Positions 12,361 through 26,833 of a stretch of 64,000 bases of DNA are shown in pieces (position 1 is the first letter of the stretch; each line of letters begins with the position of its first letter). Below the pieces are notes generated by a model. It saw nothing but the letters and a program-made list of their open reading frames with translations, was not told where the DNA came from and did not search any database. Source of the stretch: the human T2T-CHM13v2.0 reference genome, Homo sapiens; the NCBI RefSeq assembly GCF_009914755.1, contig NC_060940.1. One strand, 5' to 3'. A program made the translations under genes and the position numbers.

Positions 12361-15300
12361 CTGCCACCATATAAGATGTGCCTGCTTCCCCTTCTGCCAT
12401 GATTGTAAGTTTCCTGAGGCCTCCCCAGCCATGCAGAACTGTGAGTCAATGAAACCTCTTTTTTTATTACCCAGTCTCAGGTATGTCTTTATAGCAGTGT
12501 GAAAATGGACTAATACACCTGGTTTACTTTTTTACTGTAATACAGATTCCAAGGTTCCAAACCCCAGATTTTCCAATAATATAGACATGTAGGATTATGC
12601 ATTATATTTTACTATGTTTGTTTGGGTTTCATGATTGAAGTGAACAACAATTCAGGCTTTAAGAGGGGAATGTTCTAATTTGGACTCATCAAGGGAACTA
12701 ATCCCAGGATTATAAATTAGAAGTATCTGGGTTTTTTTAAATCACTTCCTCACTTAAATACCTCTGTTTAAATTTTAGACTAGGTGATATCTAAGAACTG
12801 CACCAATGCTACATCACTGTAGTGCCAAGTATTTAAAATAGCAATCCCTTAACATCACATGAAAAAAATTAGATCTGTCACAACTTGGTCAAGGGAACAT
12901 GTTGAATTAGAATAGCTTTAAGAACCATTCTGTGGAAATATACACCCCTAAGTTTATTCATATCCATATTTTGATCTAAGTTTTATTAATATGAAAATAC
13001 ACCATGCAAGGATGTTTGTTTAGTGACCCCACTGTTAGATTTAACTGGGAATCCATTATATTAGCAAATTCACAGCTGTGAGGCTGTGTTGGTGCAAGGA
13101 AGCTGAAAATTAGAAACTTGAGTGGATTTCAATACCTAATTCCACAGCGAACGTAGGAAAATTAGAGCTGAAAAAGAAATTATTCTAAGTTGAAGGCAAT
13201 TTAGCTTTCATTCTTTCTCATTTTAACAGTCCCTGTTTTAAAAGATGCCCAACTGTACATCTGTAGAACGAAAAAAAAAAAAAAACTGAGTTTTTTGAAA
13301 CAAACTCATGTTCTACATCCTTGACAATAAATATCTTTTATATATTTTCTAGTCTCTGTTCTTCCATTTATTATCATGGAAAAGGGCCTCTTTACATCTC
13401 AGTTGAACTATTGTACTAGTCTAATAAATTACCCTGATGACATTCTCACTTCCTAAACTCTCCAAATTTAATTTCCATCTTTCCACCAGGGAGATCTTTC
13501 TAAACTTTTCATATGACTGCTACTTGTGTAAAATCTTCCAACAATACTTAACAACAGAGTCCAAATTTATAACATTCATGTGTGATTTGGTCTCTTGCCT
13601 AGTTCATGAATTTCACCTCAAACTCAAATTTCAGATATTCTGAATTCTCTAACTCTCCAACTCTCCAACTCCTTGACACTTCCATGACTTTGCAAGTGAT
13701 GGTTTATCCTGCTGGATCGTGGTTTGCCATCATTTCCTGGGTAATTCAGCTAAGTAATGACCTGCCCTCTGAAATTGATTTTTTTTTAACTCCCTAGGCT
13801 TTACTAGATGTGCCTTCTCTGGGGTTTTTGAAAACCCTATACATTCTATCATCAGAGCTTCATAGCATACAAGAAGAAAAAACAAGACAGAGGTCTTTTC
13901 CCTACTGGTCTTAAAAATCGCAGAATATGTGATTCTTACCTGTAATTATCATCAGAATGTGAGCTTCTCAAAAACAGAGAATACAATTAATTTTATATTC
14001 TCTAATTTTAATCTCGGTAATCACTTGTTAAATGTGTTCACGAATGTGTCCATTTAAATCTGTTTGCCCAACCACTAGTAATTCTTAAACAATTGTGGTG
14101 ATTTTCTAAAGGGTCATACTTGTTAATCAAATAATTTTATCTGTGACTGTCATCTATAATTATTTTTGATAAATTGAGTTTCATAAATACACATTTAGGA
14201 AAAAAGTAAAAGAAAAAAACCCTCAGGGCAATATTGAAATCACAATGAAAGAAAAACACTTCAATGCCACCCGTCCCCCAAAATAAAAATGTATAATTGG
14301 CACTATGTTGTTTAATTATTTATTTTGTGTTTTTCAGTTTTGAAAATTAAAATATAATTAAAGGCCATCATTTTTATCTTTATTGGGGTGACTTGTGACA
14401 GTAAAGAAATCAGTGCCTTGATGATTGCATCAAGGTTCAATTATTCGAATGTTTGATTGCCCTGAGCTGCCAAAACCAGCCTGAACATTGGTGGAGTTAT
14501 TTGTACACATCTTGTGCGAGATGAGCTAGCGTTTTGTTAGTTAATTTCAGCCCGGTTTCAAAAGCATCTCAGTAAAACATACAGGTAACCTTTGTGTTGA
14601 AGGGTTGAAGGCCAGGAAATTCCGTGAGCCTACACCTCAATGAACACAGGATGCCAAACATGGGCTGTCAGGGATCTCTTCTCTGTTGTAGTTGAACACC
14701 ATGTTCACAATCCCTTCACTCAGTTTCTTTAAAAAAAAATTGTCTCAAATTTAAAAACCTTACACACTTTATGTTTTCTAGATTCTGGCTGGCTATGAAT
14801 TTAAAACGAATGCTGACAGATATTTTCTAATTATTTTGCTCAGTCTTTCCATACTTTAGTTCTACATTTACTGTCAAATTTCTTAATCTATATCCTATCT
14901 TTTCCTTGCCTTTCCCATATTGCCTTTCCCTCTGAAATGCCCCTTCTCTTGAAGGCTCCCAGCTATGACTATTGCATTTACAGAAAGCAATTTAGTAATA
15001 TATGTTAAGATATTAAATATGTCTATTTTCTTTTTCTAATATTCAATTATCAGGAATATATTCTATTGTAATAAAATTGATACAGAGAAGCTTTCAGTAA
15101 CAAAGGTATTTTTATGACAACTTAAATTATAATACATTTTATTTATAATTTGGAAATAACAAAAGAGTAATAAGTGAATTAAATCTCTATCAATCTTCAA
15201 GATAGAAAATTACATATTTTTTGTAATCGTATCAATTTTTTTTAATAAAATTGCCGAACACTAAATTGGAGAAAAAAAAAGACCAGATGTAGGAATATCT

Positions 15301-16559
15301 AGATCAACAAAGAATAGAATATAGAAATATGAAAATATAAAAAAACAGAACAAATAAAAAGAGCTTATAAAATAAAGTGTTGAAAATATAACAGCGGTTA
15401 TGAATTTTTTGAAAATCTGTAAGTTTGCTTTCCATCTCAAATTTTTCCAAAATTTGCCATATGGAGCATTTGTAATCTTGTAATTATTGAAAGGAAGAAA
15501 AAGAATATGTGATTATGAAACTAAGACATAGAGACATGGGACTTTACTGTAGGGTAAGAACACGCAAATTAATGCCACACTTTTTCAGGCTCTAGAACCT
15601 AGAATGATTTGAGGATTTTAACTATCTATATATCTATGTAATAGAAATACAGATCTCCAACCATCCTCTTCATATCTGTCTTTCTGTACCATTTGTCCAT
15701 TAATTTAACCATCAATTATGCCATTTCTTAAAACACTCATTATTTTCTTGGGCTGGTGAATTAACTTGTTTGTTAGTTGTTTTACAGCATATTTAGGATG
15801 TGTCATATCCTAGTGGAAAGTGCCTGAACTCTGGAATCATTGAACTCTGCCATTTATTAATATGTCTATACGTAACTTGTTTCATCTCTCAGAGCTGAAA
15901 ATTTGTCAACCAAAGATGAGAAGGGATAATGTATTATACCTCATAATATTATGGAGAACACAGGTTAAAAAACAAAACAAAACAACCAGTGCATGCAGGT
16001 GAAAGTTCCTGCATTAATGAATGAAAGTAGCACCCTCTTTCTCATTGAGCCCAATGTATATTTAGGGTCCAGGGTCCAGTGTATATTTTGATAGGCAGGT
16101 AGAGATCAGGCAGCTTCATCATATTTCACATGCTGATCATTAGGATCATTTGACATTATTCTTGTTCCTTTATTTTTATTTTATGTTCCCTTCTTAAGGG
16201 TAACCTGATGTCATGGAGATATAAATGAGATTATTTGAAGATTTTTTCCTCCTGAGTTTAGAATGTTATTCCAGTCCTATCATATATCTTTCAGAATCAT
16301 CCAAAACAAGAAATTAATAAAAGCAAAAATTGAAGGGTTGTATTTATAAGTACTTTGTCAGAGTCAGATAACTTGAAATAATGTTATACTCACTTTTTAT
16401 TTTCATCCTCAAAGAAATCGTGTAGGGAGAGCAATGAAGATTTAAATGCCCATTATGAGGTGGGAAAACTGATTCTAATTGATCTATTGAGTGCTCACCA
16501 GCCAACTATGGTGGAAGTAATAGTAGCTCTATTAATAGTCGTAAGAATAATAATAGCAA

Positions 16560-16820
16560 TGATAGTAATAGTAGTGATGGTAACTAAAATTGAGTGCTTA
16601 CTATTTGCTAAGTCCTGTTGCAATAATTTATTATGTATTAACTTATTTAATCCAGGCAACTTTAAAAATTGTGTACTCTCATTATTTCCACTTTGCCAGT
16701 GACTAAAGTACAGAAAGCTTGACTGATACACTCAAGCCTGCCTAGTTCATAAGTACTGGGTCTGAGATTTAAAACCAAGCATTTTGATCCTAGATCCTCT
16801 GCTATGTTGCCTCTCTCCAG
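16560..16820 (-). mobile_element. MIR remnant
   Basis: attgagtgcttactatttgctaagtcctg...ctgagatttaaaaccaagcattttgatcctag resembles antisense MIR. Confidence 0.65.
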
Positions 16821-16959
16821 AAATGACAGGATTAGAATAAAACCTCAATCTAAAGCACAGTGGATATTAAAGTGGAATCCAATTGCAGGAAAGACAGTTT
16901 AATGGATATGAGTATGTGTTCTGGAGTCAAACTTCACAGTTTTGAAATCAAGGGATTTC

Positions 16960-17325
16960 AAATTTATTAAGATATAATTGACAAATAAGAATTGTATATA
17001 TTTATGTTATAAAATGTGATGTTGTAACATCTGTATACATTGCAAAATGGTTAAATCAAGTTAACATCTCCATCAGCTTATATACTTATGATTTTTTGTG
17101 GTAAGAACATTTAAGATCTCCTGTCTTAGCCGTTTTCAAATATACAATAAATTATTAACTATAGTCACCATACTGTACACTAGATCTCCAGAATTTATTT
17201 ATCCTGTCTAAAATTTTGTACCCTTGACTAACATTTTCCCATCCCCACCTCCACACCCCCAGAGACCCTGGAAACCTGCATTCTACTCTCTGATTCTATG
17301 AGTTCAACATTTTTATATTCTCATT
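16960..17325 (-). mobile_element. L1MA-type 3' end inserted in a MIR
   Basis: atataattgacaaataagaattgtatata...attattaactatagtcaccatactgtacactagatctccagaa. MIR sequence on both sides (ctggagtcaaac; ctcagtctcttcatctgtaaaatggaga). Confidence 0.85.
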
Positions 17326-19469
17326 ACTCTGTGGCTATATACAAATGGGTCTATTTATTGGAACCTCAGTCTCTTCATCTGTAAAATGGAGATTAAAATC
17401 ACAACCTACTCCATAAGAATGATGGGAGGTTTAGGTGATATAATTCACACTAAGGGCTGACATAAATTAAATAATCTATGTCTTTCAGCAGATACTATCA
17501 TAATTAGTGCACATAATTAACCTGAGGCTAAGGCCAACATGGCTTTTGTATTTTTTGTTTGTTTTTGCCCATTCTTACTCAAAGCACATAGGCAATGCTA
17601 AGTACAAAATAGATGGGTGCTAAAATTTCTTCAGCTGGAGAAGAGACTACTCTAGCAATGGCTACAGAATTTATTGAGATTGTGGAGGAATGCTCAATTT
17701 AGGCTGTATGCAGAAATTGGAATTCAAGCAACCAATAGCCTCTGGAGGGCTGCAGACATGTAAGTTTTGAACTGCGCAACAGGCAGTCTATAAGATCTGG
17801 GATGCCATAGTATTGTCTTATAGTGTCCTGCGTTTCTCCTATCATTTCAATCTTTTCACTTTATTGTAATCGTTTACTCTTGATCTTCCTCACTAGACAC
17901 TACATGAGGTTACTGACCAGCATTTTGCCTGAGACCAAACCTACCCTTCACAGGAATTCCAAAATAAATAATAAAAAAAAACCCCATGTAAATGGGTTAG
18001 TGCACCCTGGGATGAAAAGAATAGTTGCAACCACCAAAAGCTGGGGAAGCACAGGACAAGGCTGCCTAACATAGAACCTGGGATACTCGTCACACACTTC
18101 CCAGAGAAAGTGACTCTAGGTTGAGTTTTGAAAGAAAGATGGAAACTAGTCAGGTAAAAGGAAAGGAGAGATATTTGCATAATATTGCAGGCAAAGAAGA
18201 AACAGGTGACATCGTGGAAGGTGGAAAACCTAGAGTCTGGTGTCAATCTGCATGTCAGTGTGGCTGGAGTGTGGATTCCACAGTGGAAACACAGCAAGAG
18301 GCACATGTGCAGCCGAGGAGGAGAATAAGCAGAACTAAGCTGTGAAGACACAAATGAGATTCTGGAAAAATACCTCTCTTGATTAAAGGAAGAAGGCCTA
18401 TTCCTCACCCCTGGGAACTTGCTAAAAAAGCCCCACCCCTGGCATATGTGGGTGGAACAGGCAAGAAAAATGGCCATGGGAGCTGCATTTTTGTTTTAAA
18501 AGTTTACCAAGTGATTCTGATTGAAACTGTTCAAAGATCACAGTTTGACAGGCACTGCCTCGTGAGATTTTTAAAAAGCGATTATTAACATTAACTGGTC
18601 ATACTCTCTTCGGATATTTTGGAAATACACTCCCAACCCTTGCACACATTCACAATTAATCATTCGATTGACTTATATAATTTGTTGTGTTTTTAATATT
18701 CTAGGGACTATATACTAAGATTCCTTTTATAATTCTCTTTCCACTTGCCTAATTCCTTTAACATAAATGATTCTTTTTCTTACCAAGTTACCATAAGGAA
18801 GAACTTGACTCTTTTTTCAATTTCCCACTCTCACAGCCCTTTGACTTATCTAAGCTTTCATGTTTCAATTGAACTGGGCCCAAATGCTATCTCTGCACAC
18901 AGCCTGACCTTGCCAATCACTCATCCTCCTTTTGGATAACATGTGACACTTTCTCACATCTCCTTACATTTTGCCTTTGACAGGCTCACCAGGGGTTTCC
19001 CTTGGACTTTGTTGCTCAACCCAGAAAGTCCCCCATCTTGCACTTCTTGCAATTCCCAAAATGAAAAGCACTCTTTGCTACCTTACTATATTAAGAATAA
19101 GATGGTCTCCACTTGAAGAGACACACTGATGGCATGACATTAAAATGAATACAGATGGTGGAGGCAAAGCTTCAAAGATACAGTCCAATTGGCATATCTC
19201 CTTGACAATGTAGGTTACTGAATCAAAACAAGGTTAGAAACCCATTTCTGTTCTGGCAGCTGTAACATTCCTTAATAGACATATTAAGATGTGTTGCTTA
19301 TTTAAGCACTGAATTTTCATTTTGGGGCACATATGGAGAAAACGTGTTTATTTATACTTTATTTTTCCTAAGGCAAATTATATTTATGTAGGACTTAGAA
19401 TAAGAAGAAAAGTAGAAGAGAGACAGAATTAATATTGAATAATACTTATCTCTGTACAATTTAATATTA

Positions 19470-19600
19470 TGACTAGCTGGAATATAAGCTCCTTGAAACA
19501 AGGACATTATCTGTTCTGTTCATTGCACTATTCCAAATTCCTGGATTAATGCCCAAGAGTGTCCTGTAACAAATATATGTTGAATAAATAAATGAATTAA
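19470..19600 (+). mobile_element. L2 3' end
   Basis: ctggaatataagctccttgaaacaaggac...aaatatatgttgaataaataaatgaat. Confidence 0.7.
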
Positions 19601-19908
19601 AAAAAACAATTGCAAGCCACATATGTAGATTACCTATTAGAGTGCTTGCTTTATATCAAGATCCTCAAATGGCAGCCATTGTTTTTACCATAACTGAGAC
19701 TAATAATAATATATAAACATCTGTCTTTATGATGAATACAATATATCTATATATAGATATATTATTAATAATAATATAGATATTTATACAGGCATATTAT
19801 ATTATATGTATAATCTACATGCTTGATATATAATAACCACTGCTTCTACATCTTTGCTTGAAAAGTAAATAAAAAGCAGTTCACAGTAACTTGAATACAT
19901 TATAATAA

Positions 19909-20285
<377 letters not shown>

Positions 20286-20764
20286 TTAAAATAATAAAAA
20301 AATTATATCAAAGTAAAACTATATAAGCTTTACATTGCAGCACTGAAAAGAAGTTTACTGTGTATGCATATCTTAAACATGGGGAAGGCACAGGAGATGT
20401 GCGTGTAAGAAAGATCACACTAGCAGCTATAAGGAGGAAGGAGGAGCAGGGCATAGCATACAAAACGGGACATAGAAGGAAGGGAGCACTGAAGTCTGTA
20501 TGTGATGGGCCAAGTGAAAGAGATCATGAAAACTGAACAAAAAGCACAGGGAGAAAAAAATTTACTTTACATTTGAGTTTCTAGATAATATTTCATTTTA
20601 TTTTTACAACTAATAATAAAAAATATTTTCAATCTTGGTACTTGCATAATCACTGGTAGAAAAGAAACAGAAAGAGCGGCAAATCTTTTTTAAATGGAAG
20701 CTCTTCCTACACAGTTTATGCTGTTATGTGGCCAGTCACCACTTACACGCAGGTACCCAGCTGA

Positions 20765-21084
<320 letters not shown>

Positions 21085-21349
21085 AGTCATGACTTTTGTG
21101 CCAAAAAGTCCATGCAAGTTTCTGAAGGTAGGTAGGTCCTCACTTTGTAAATAAGATTTAACAATTCCATCAGAATTATACACAGAAACAAATTATGCTA
21201 TTTCATCTCTAGCAATAGGCTGTTTGAAATTTAGCTTTATAAAGCAAAGGAAGGAACTTAGCATTCAATTTCGCAGGAGTGCACCTTGCCCAAAAGTTCC
21301 TTCCAGTAATGGCATCAGTTCTATAATATCCAAAAAGTAAAAACGTGTA

Positions 21350-21490
21350 ACATCTCCTTGAATATCTTCAGTGGCAGAGAACTGACTATTATATCATTGG
21401 CAATCTCTTTGTATAATAATGACTCTGTCATATTGAGCTGACATATGTCTCCTTGGAAATTCATCCCATTGTTTCTATTCTCTCCTTAAA
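21350..21490. mobile_element. L3/CR1 remnant
   Basis: cttgaatatcttcagtggcagagaactgacta...atattgagctgacatatgtctccttggaaattcatcccattg resembles the L3 consensus. Confidence 0.5.
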
Positions 21491-22319
21491 AAAGGCCTGC
21501 TTTCCCCTTGGTTTCTTTTTCAAGAGTAAACATGCCCCATTCTTTCCACAATATTTAAATGGCAGTGATTTCTGGAGCCTTGTCAAACATACTTGCCCTT
21601 CTCTATTTGTACTGCAGGTTGCCAATATGGCAGTAAATGAATGAAATGTCACCACTTGGAATCTTTCACTCTTGCACTTCTATAATCTCTTTGTTACATA
21701 ACAATCAAGACATTCTTCTGAAAACCTAAATCCTGCCGTGGTACCTCCCCACTAAAATTTCCCATAATCACATAACACTTTCTAGGAGAAGGACCAAAAT
21801 CTTTCAGTGCCCATGCCTTGTCTTTTTCTTCAGCCAATTTTGCAGCACTGGTCCCTTTGTTCGATACACTGGGATCACATTGATCATTTCTATGCCTGGA
21901 ATGTATCCAGCTGTTTTCCAGCCCAGCACCTTTACACCCACCCTTGTTCTTTCTACCTCTAATTTTCTTCACTTCTGCTTTTATGTTGTCAACTGTTAAG
22001 CCTGATCTCGACAACAATTTCCTGGGCACCACTGTTGAGTTGTTATACTGTTTTACAGTGCCTCCCATTAATCCCTAGTAGTTAAGATTACAATTAAAAT
22101 ACAATTAAAAGTACTCTTAGTACTTAACAATTTTTAAATGTAGTTCTCACCTACTGGACTAATACACTTTATAAATATTAGAATTATGTGTATTATTTTC
22201 CCCACAGCACCCTCGGCAAGAAACATAATCCCAAATGCATAGCAGGAGTCAGAAAATATTGATTAAATTAAATATATAAGTTAAAATTATTTTCCCCATA
22301 TAATACCTAAATCTTTACT

Positions 22320-22560
22320 TGTGAGACAGAATAGCATAATGCTTAAGACTTCAGGCTAGGGATGAAATTTTATCCTCCACCCAAATAGTTGTGTCATTTT
22401 GAGAAAAGTTATTTAAACGTTAAATCTTCATTCTCTTCTTATACAGAATGGGGTTAATAATCATTTCTCCTGCCTAGCCATAGTGTGGCAATTAGAAGAA
22501 TTACATGTAAATCACTGAGCACAATTCCTACTTGAAATAAACTATGGTTAGCTTTGATTA
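22320..22560 (+). mobile_element. MIR remnant
   Basis: tagttgtgtcattttgagaaaagttatttaaac...atacagaatggggttaataat...catgtaaatcactgagcacaatt. Confidence 0.65.
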
Positions 22561-25374
22561 TTTGTCTTGCAGAAGCCCCACAGTATTGGAAAATATTAAG
22601 TACTTGCTAAATGGTTGTTGGAATGAATGGATCCCAGTCACAATGTACTGAAACACAGGGAAAACCCTCTGAATCAAGGGTCAGACTATTTGTATTCAGT
22701 TCTGCTCCCTCCAAGGAATGTCTCTGTGCTACCACGTAACAGCACTAATGATTCAATATGCCTCAGTTTCTTCAAATATAACAAAACAAAATTAGGATAG
22801 AATCTTTCTATCCTCTCTTTCAGTGTTGAAATATTATGGGTCAAATATGCTTTGTAGACAAGACCTCAAAATCTGTAATATTATTTGAGGCACGTTTAGA
22901 GTACCTGCTAGTCTCACAGTTGCCCTAAGGCTCTGTTTATGCAGGCAAATTGAAGAGGAGACATGAGGCTATTACAGAGTAGAATCTGGGAAAAGGTGAC
23001 TCATTTGACCTGAACTGTCTCCACTGATACCTTTCCCTGGGAGACTGCTCAACTCTAGATTTGACAGTGTAGACAGAGCCTGAGGAAGGTTTGAGGGCAA
23101 ATACAGATTGAGATAGTGAAACTTGCAAAATACATGCTCACTGCAAACTGTTTGATGATAAGGGATTGTACGTTGGCTGAGAGCATCATGTTTGGATGTA
23201 ATGTAGTGTAATTTCTTTAACTCTACTTAGCTGGCCATATCTGCCAATAGTTTTGATTACACAATCAAAATGAAAGTTTGCAAGAAAAGCACGAGATTGA
23301 TGTGTGGAATACATGCAAATGTAAAGTACCTTTGAATTCCAAATTTTTTCTATGTCATGTTGCATAAAAAAGAAAAATAATTTTAAGAATTAACAAACCG
23401 TAGCTATGGAATGGGAATTAAAGGACCTAGTGTTGAAATAAGGTCTTATACAGACTGGCCTTTGCACTCATTACCAATATATTCTGATAGCATCCACTTA
23501 TCTCAAAACTCTCAAGCTATCTTTGTCTTCTTACAATTCTTCGATTATGTTGTCCTCCTTACAATTTGCAGGTTTGACTTTGCTTTCTCTCTCTGCTTAG
23601 ACTACATTCCTATCATTCACTCATGTTTTTGTTTTCCTTTTGTTTTGGCCTAGCCAATTTCTATTTAAATTTTAGGTTTTATTTCAACTGTAGTTGTTCA
23701 AAATGAGCTTTTCATAATCTTTAGACCTCCTCTGGCAACCCCCTTCATATCTCATTTCAACTTGTAATTATTTTTTAAAAACCTACCATAGCTACAATTC
23801 ATTAGTAGATATTTACTCATAAATATCTTTACTCTTTCTCTCCTTCAATTAGGCAAAAGATACTGTGAGCACAAGAATTATTTCTACTTTGTTTAGAGCT
23901 ATATTCCTAGCAAAGCACAGATCAGGCATTGATATCTCTGGTTCCTAATGCACTGGGTAATATGTTATATGCAAGACCTAGAGTGGGTAATCAATAAAAC
24001 AGCATTTTTTGAAAGCACGACCTGGGGAAGTCATTCTCCTGAATCTAAATTTTTGTTTCCTAGTATCTGAAAAGGAAGTTGAATGGCAAGATTCCTCACA
24101 TTCTGTTATTATAGAGGCTGAAGGGCTGTTGTCTTCTGATTTGTGAAGAACTATTTTTGGTCTTTAATGGATTGCCTTCTATTCTTATTGTCTATTTACA
24201 TCCTGCTCAGGTATCTAATCCACTCACAATAAAATCCTTTAATCATTTTTCTAAATTTCAAAAACATGGAACAATATATTAGAAGATGTTCTATTCCGAA
24301 AATTAGGAAATATGTTTTCTAAACTCAGTTCTGCCCCCAAATGACTATTCAATTCAGATAGATTATTTGGCATCTTTGGTGCTTAGATGAAATACATTCC
24401 ATCACTTATGAAATAGAGGTGGTAACAAAGGCACTGTTTCTTGCTCTAAAGTTCCCAAGTCTCACATTATTTTGTAACTGGAGCAATCAGGCAAGAGAGA
24501 AAAAACGAGCTTGTTTATGGTGACAGGGCCTTTGGAAGTGTCAGAGGTAAAAGGACCTGTTGCTAGTGAGAAGTTGCTCCTGGCAGTGCCATGCCTCTGG
24601 GGAACAGGTTGGAGGTTGAATATTATCATAGGCAACACTTGAATTTGGTATATTGCAGGGTGAGTGGGAGTAGGGTGCTCTCTAACATTTGCGCACCTGT
24701 TTTCTTCGTGAGATTAAAATGTTCCATTGGTCTATCACCTTCATGTTATTTAATCATGGTATAACTTAAATATCTTAGAAAAGGCAGGTAAATCACACCC
24801 TAAACCAATGTGACAGCAAAGACAAATTACACATATCTGAATATTCAATGCTTTTTCTGATGAGGCAAGTTGTATGCAAAAATGTAAATTTGTTTATTCT
24901 TTAAAGACATAAATGTGGCAGCTTAATGCAAATTAAGTGAAAGAAAGTCCCATATGTAAAACCACAAGATTTTATAATTCTACCTACATTTTCCTCAAGA
25001 GAAGGGATGCTTTAAACAAAAACCCTTTAGTTAATTTAAATGTAATGAGAAATGCAGAAATATACCAACATTCAATGTAAATTCCATTCTAATATTTATA
25101 CTATAGAATAATTTGCTGCTGTAACAAATTTTAAAAAATCAGAGTGAGTTAGTGGTACTACTACCTATTTCACTGTGGGTTTCCCTGAAATTCAAGAACC
25201 AAACAGTGGAGAAAGAGATCGCCCCAGAAGGAAGCCAGAATTTAAATTTACTTATAGAAGCAATGTTTCATTAAAAAAAATTATCTTACCTCACAGAGTT
25301 GTCTTGAAACTGTCCTGATGGAAGCAAAGAAAAAAATGAATTGAGGCTTACTTATAAAGATAGGAAATACTTAC

Positions 25375-25448
25375 AGGTTTGAAAATGGCTTGTGATTCTT
25401 CCTCCATTTCAGTGTCCAACAAGCTCAGTTAGAACGTAAATGCAAGTC
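25375..25448 (-). other. Candidate internal non-coding (5'UTR or lncRNA) exon, 74 nt
   Basis: Minus strand: pyrimidine-rich ctctctcatttctcattggtgtactgttgttctaatttactcaccag|GACTTGC...TCAAACCT|gtaagtat. Unique sequence, stops in all three frames, internal ATG at 25407. Confidence 0.65.
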
Positions 25449-26399
25449 CTGGTGAGTAAATTAGAACAACAGTACACCAATGAGAAATGAGAGAGATGGT
25501 CATTACACACAGACCTGAGAGTTGCAAAAAAGATGGCGATTGTTGTGCTAATGTTTGCCGGAGGTATCCCACAAGCCTGAGTAAAGTGAATTTCACCTCT
25601 TGAAGTCTATTCTTTAATTGACACAAAAATGCAAGTCCCTGGAATGAGATTTGGCTGCTACCTTAAGGGTCGTGGGTCCTTTATCTTAATGTTTTATTGA
25701 TGGAATTCTGCCATGCCCATCACTTGGGACAGTGTCAGGAGACTCATTAGTGCAAACAGCTCTTAGTTCCAAAGTTCCTTTACCAATCCTTTTCGCTGGT
25801 TTGAAAAACGCTAAAGAGAAAGGGAACAATTTGAGCATGGCTAAAGGGCTGTTTACTACAGCAAGCCATAAACTGCTTTTCTCATTCCCCTTTTGTAATT
25901 CGTATTTTATTTCATTTTCTACTTTTACCTGTGGTTCCCCAAGAAGGAATTCTTGTACAAATTCAATCTTCTAGACTTAACAGCCTTCTTTCTAATTTTT
26001 TTTTTTTTTGGCCGCTTAACTGTGGCTAGTGTACACTGTGATTCAAATATTCCAGAGACTTATAACATTCTGAATAATCTACTTTGTCATGTTGGAGTAG
26101 TATTCAAAAATGTAGACCAGGAGGGTTTTACTAATGATGTAAGTCTTATATCCCACATATTCTGTATGTATGTGTTCCTAATTTTCTTTTGCGGGGGGCA
26201 ATCTTCACCCAATAAACATAGGTAATTATTGAGGATACTTTATTCAAGTGTTCTTTGACCAATATAATTTTGTAGGATTCCATCAAGACAGTCCAAAATT
26301 GAAAAATAAAATCTTCTCATAAGCAATTTCCAGAATTTTACTTCCAAGAAAGTTTTCATACAAAAACATTGTACATAAATACCAAGATATTTTAAAAAG

Positions 26400-26833
<434 letters not shown>

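Larger units (their letters stand above)
11003..12517 (+). mobile_element. THE1D-like MaLR element: 5'LTR stub, internal 3' end/PPT, and 3'LTR interrupted by LTR1
   Basis: 5-bp TSD CCTGG at 10998-11002 and 12518-12522. LTR start motif at 11003 and again at 11059; LTR end gaaaatggactaataca. 3'LTR pieces are 11059-11256 and 12361-12517. Confidence 0.9.

Noticed and set aside
11018-12502. Dense cluster of overlapping ORFs up to 158 aa
   Set aside because: Arises from GC-rich LTR1/Alu/THE1 sequence; typical Alu-derived peptides.
14547-14590. Possible 34-nt plus-strand micro-exon (tttcag|...cag|gtaacc)
   Set aside because: Weak pyrimidine tract and donor; no other support.
16941-16962. 9-bp-stem hairpin (similar one at 22794-22814)
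   Set aside because: Within chance expectation for 64 kb of AT-rich DNA.
17941-18477. Longest ORF (178 aa, minus)
   Set aside because: No recognisable domain or splice context; overlaps decayed L2/MER5-like sequence.
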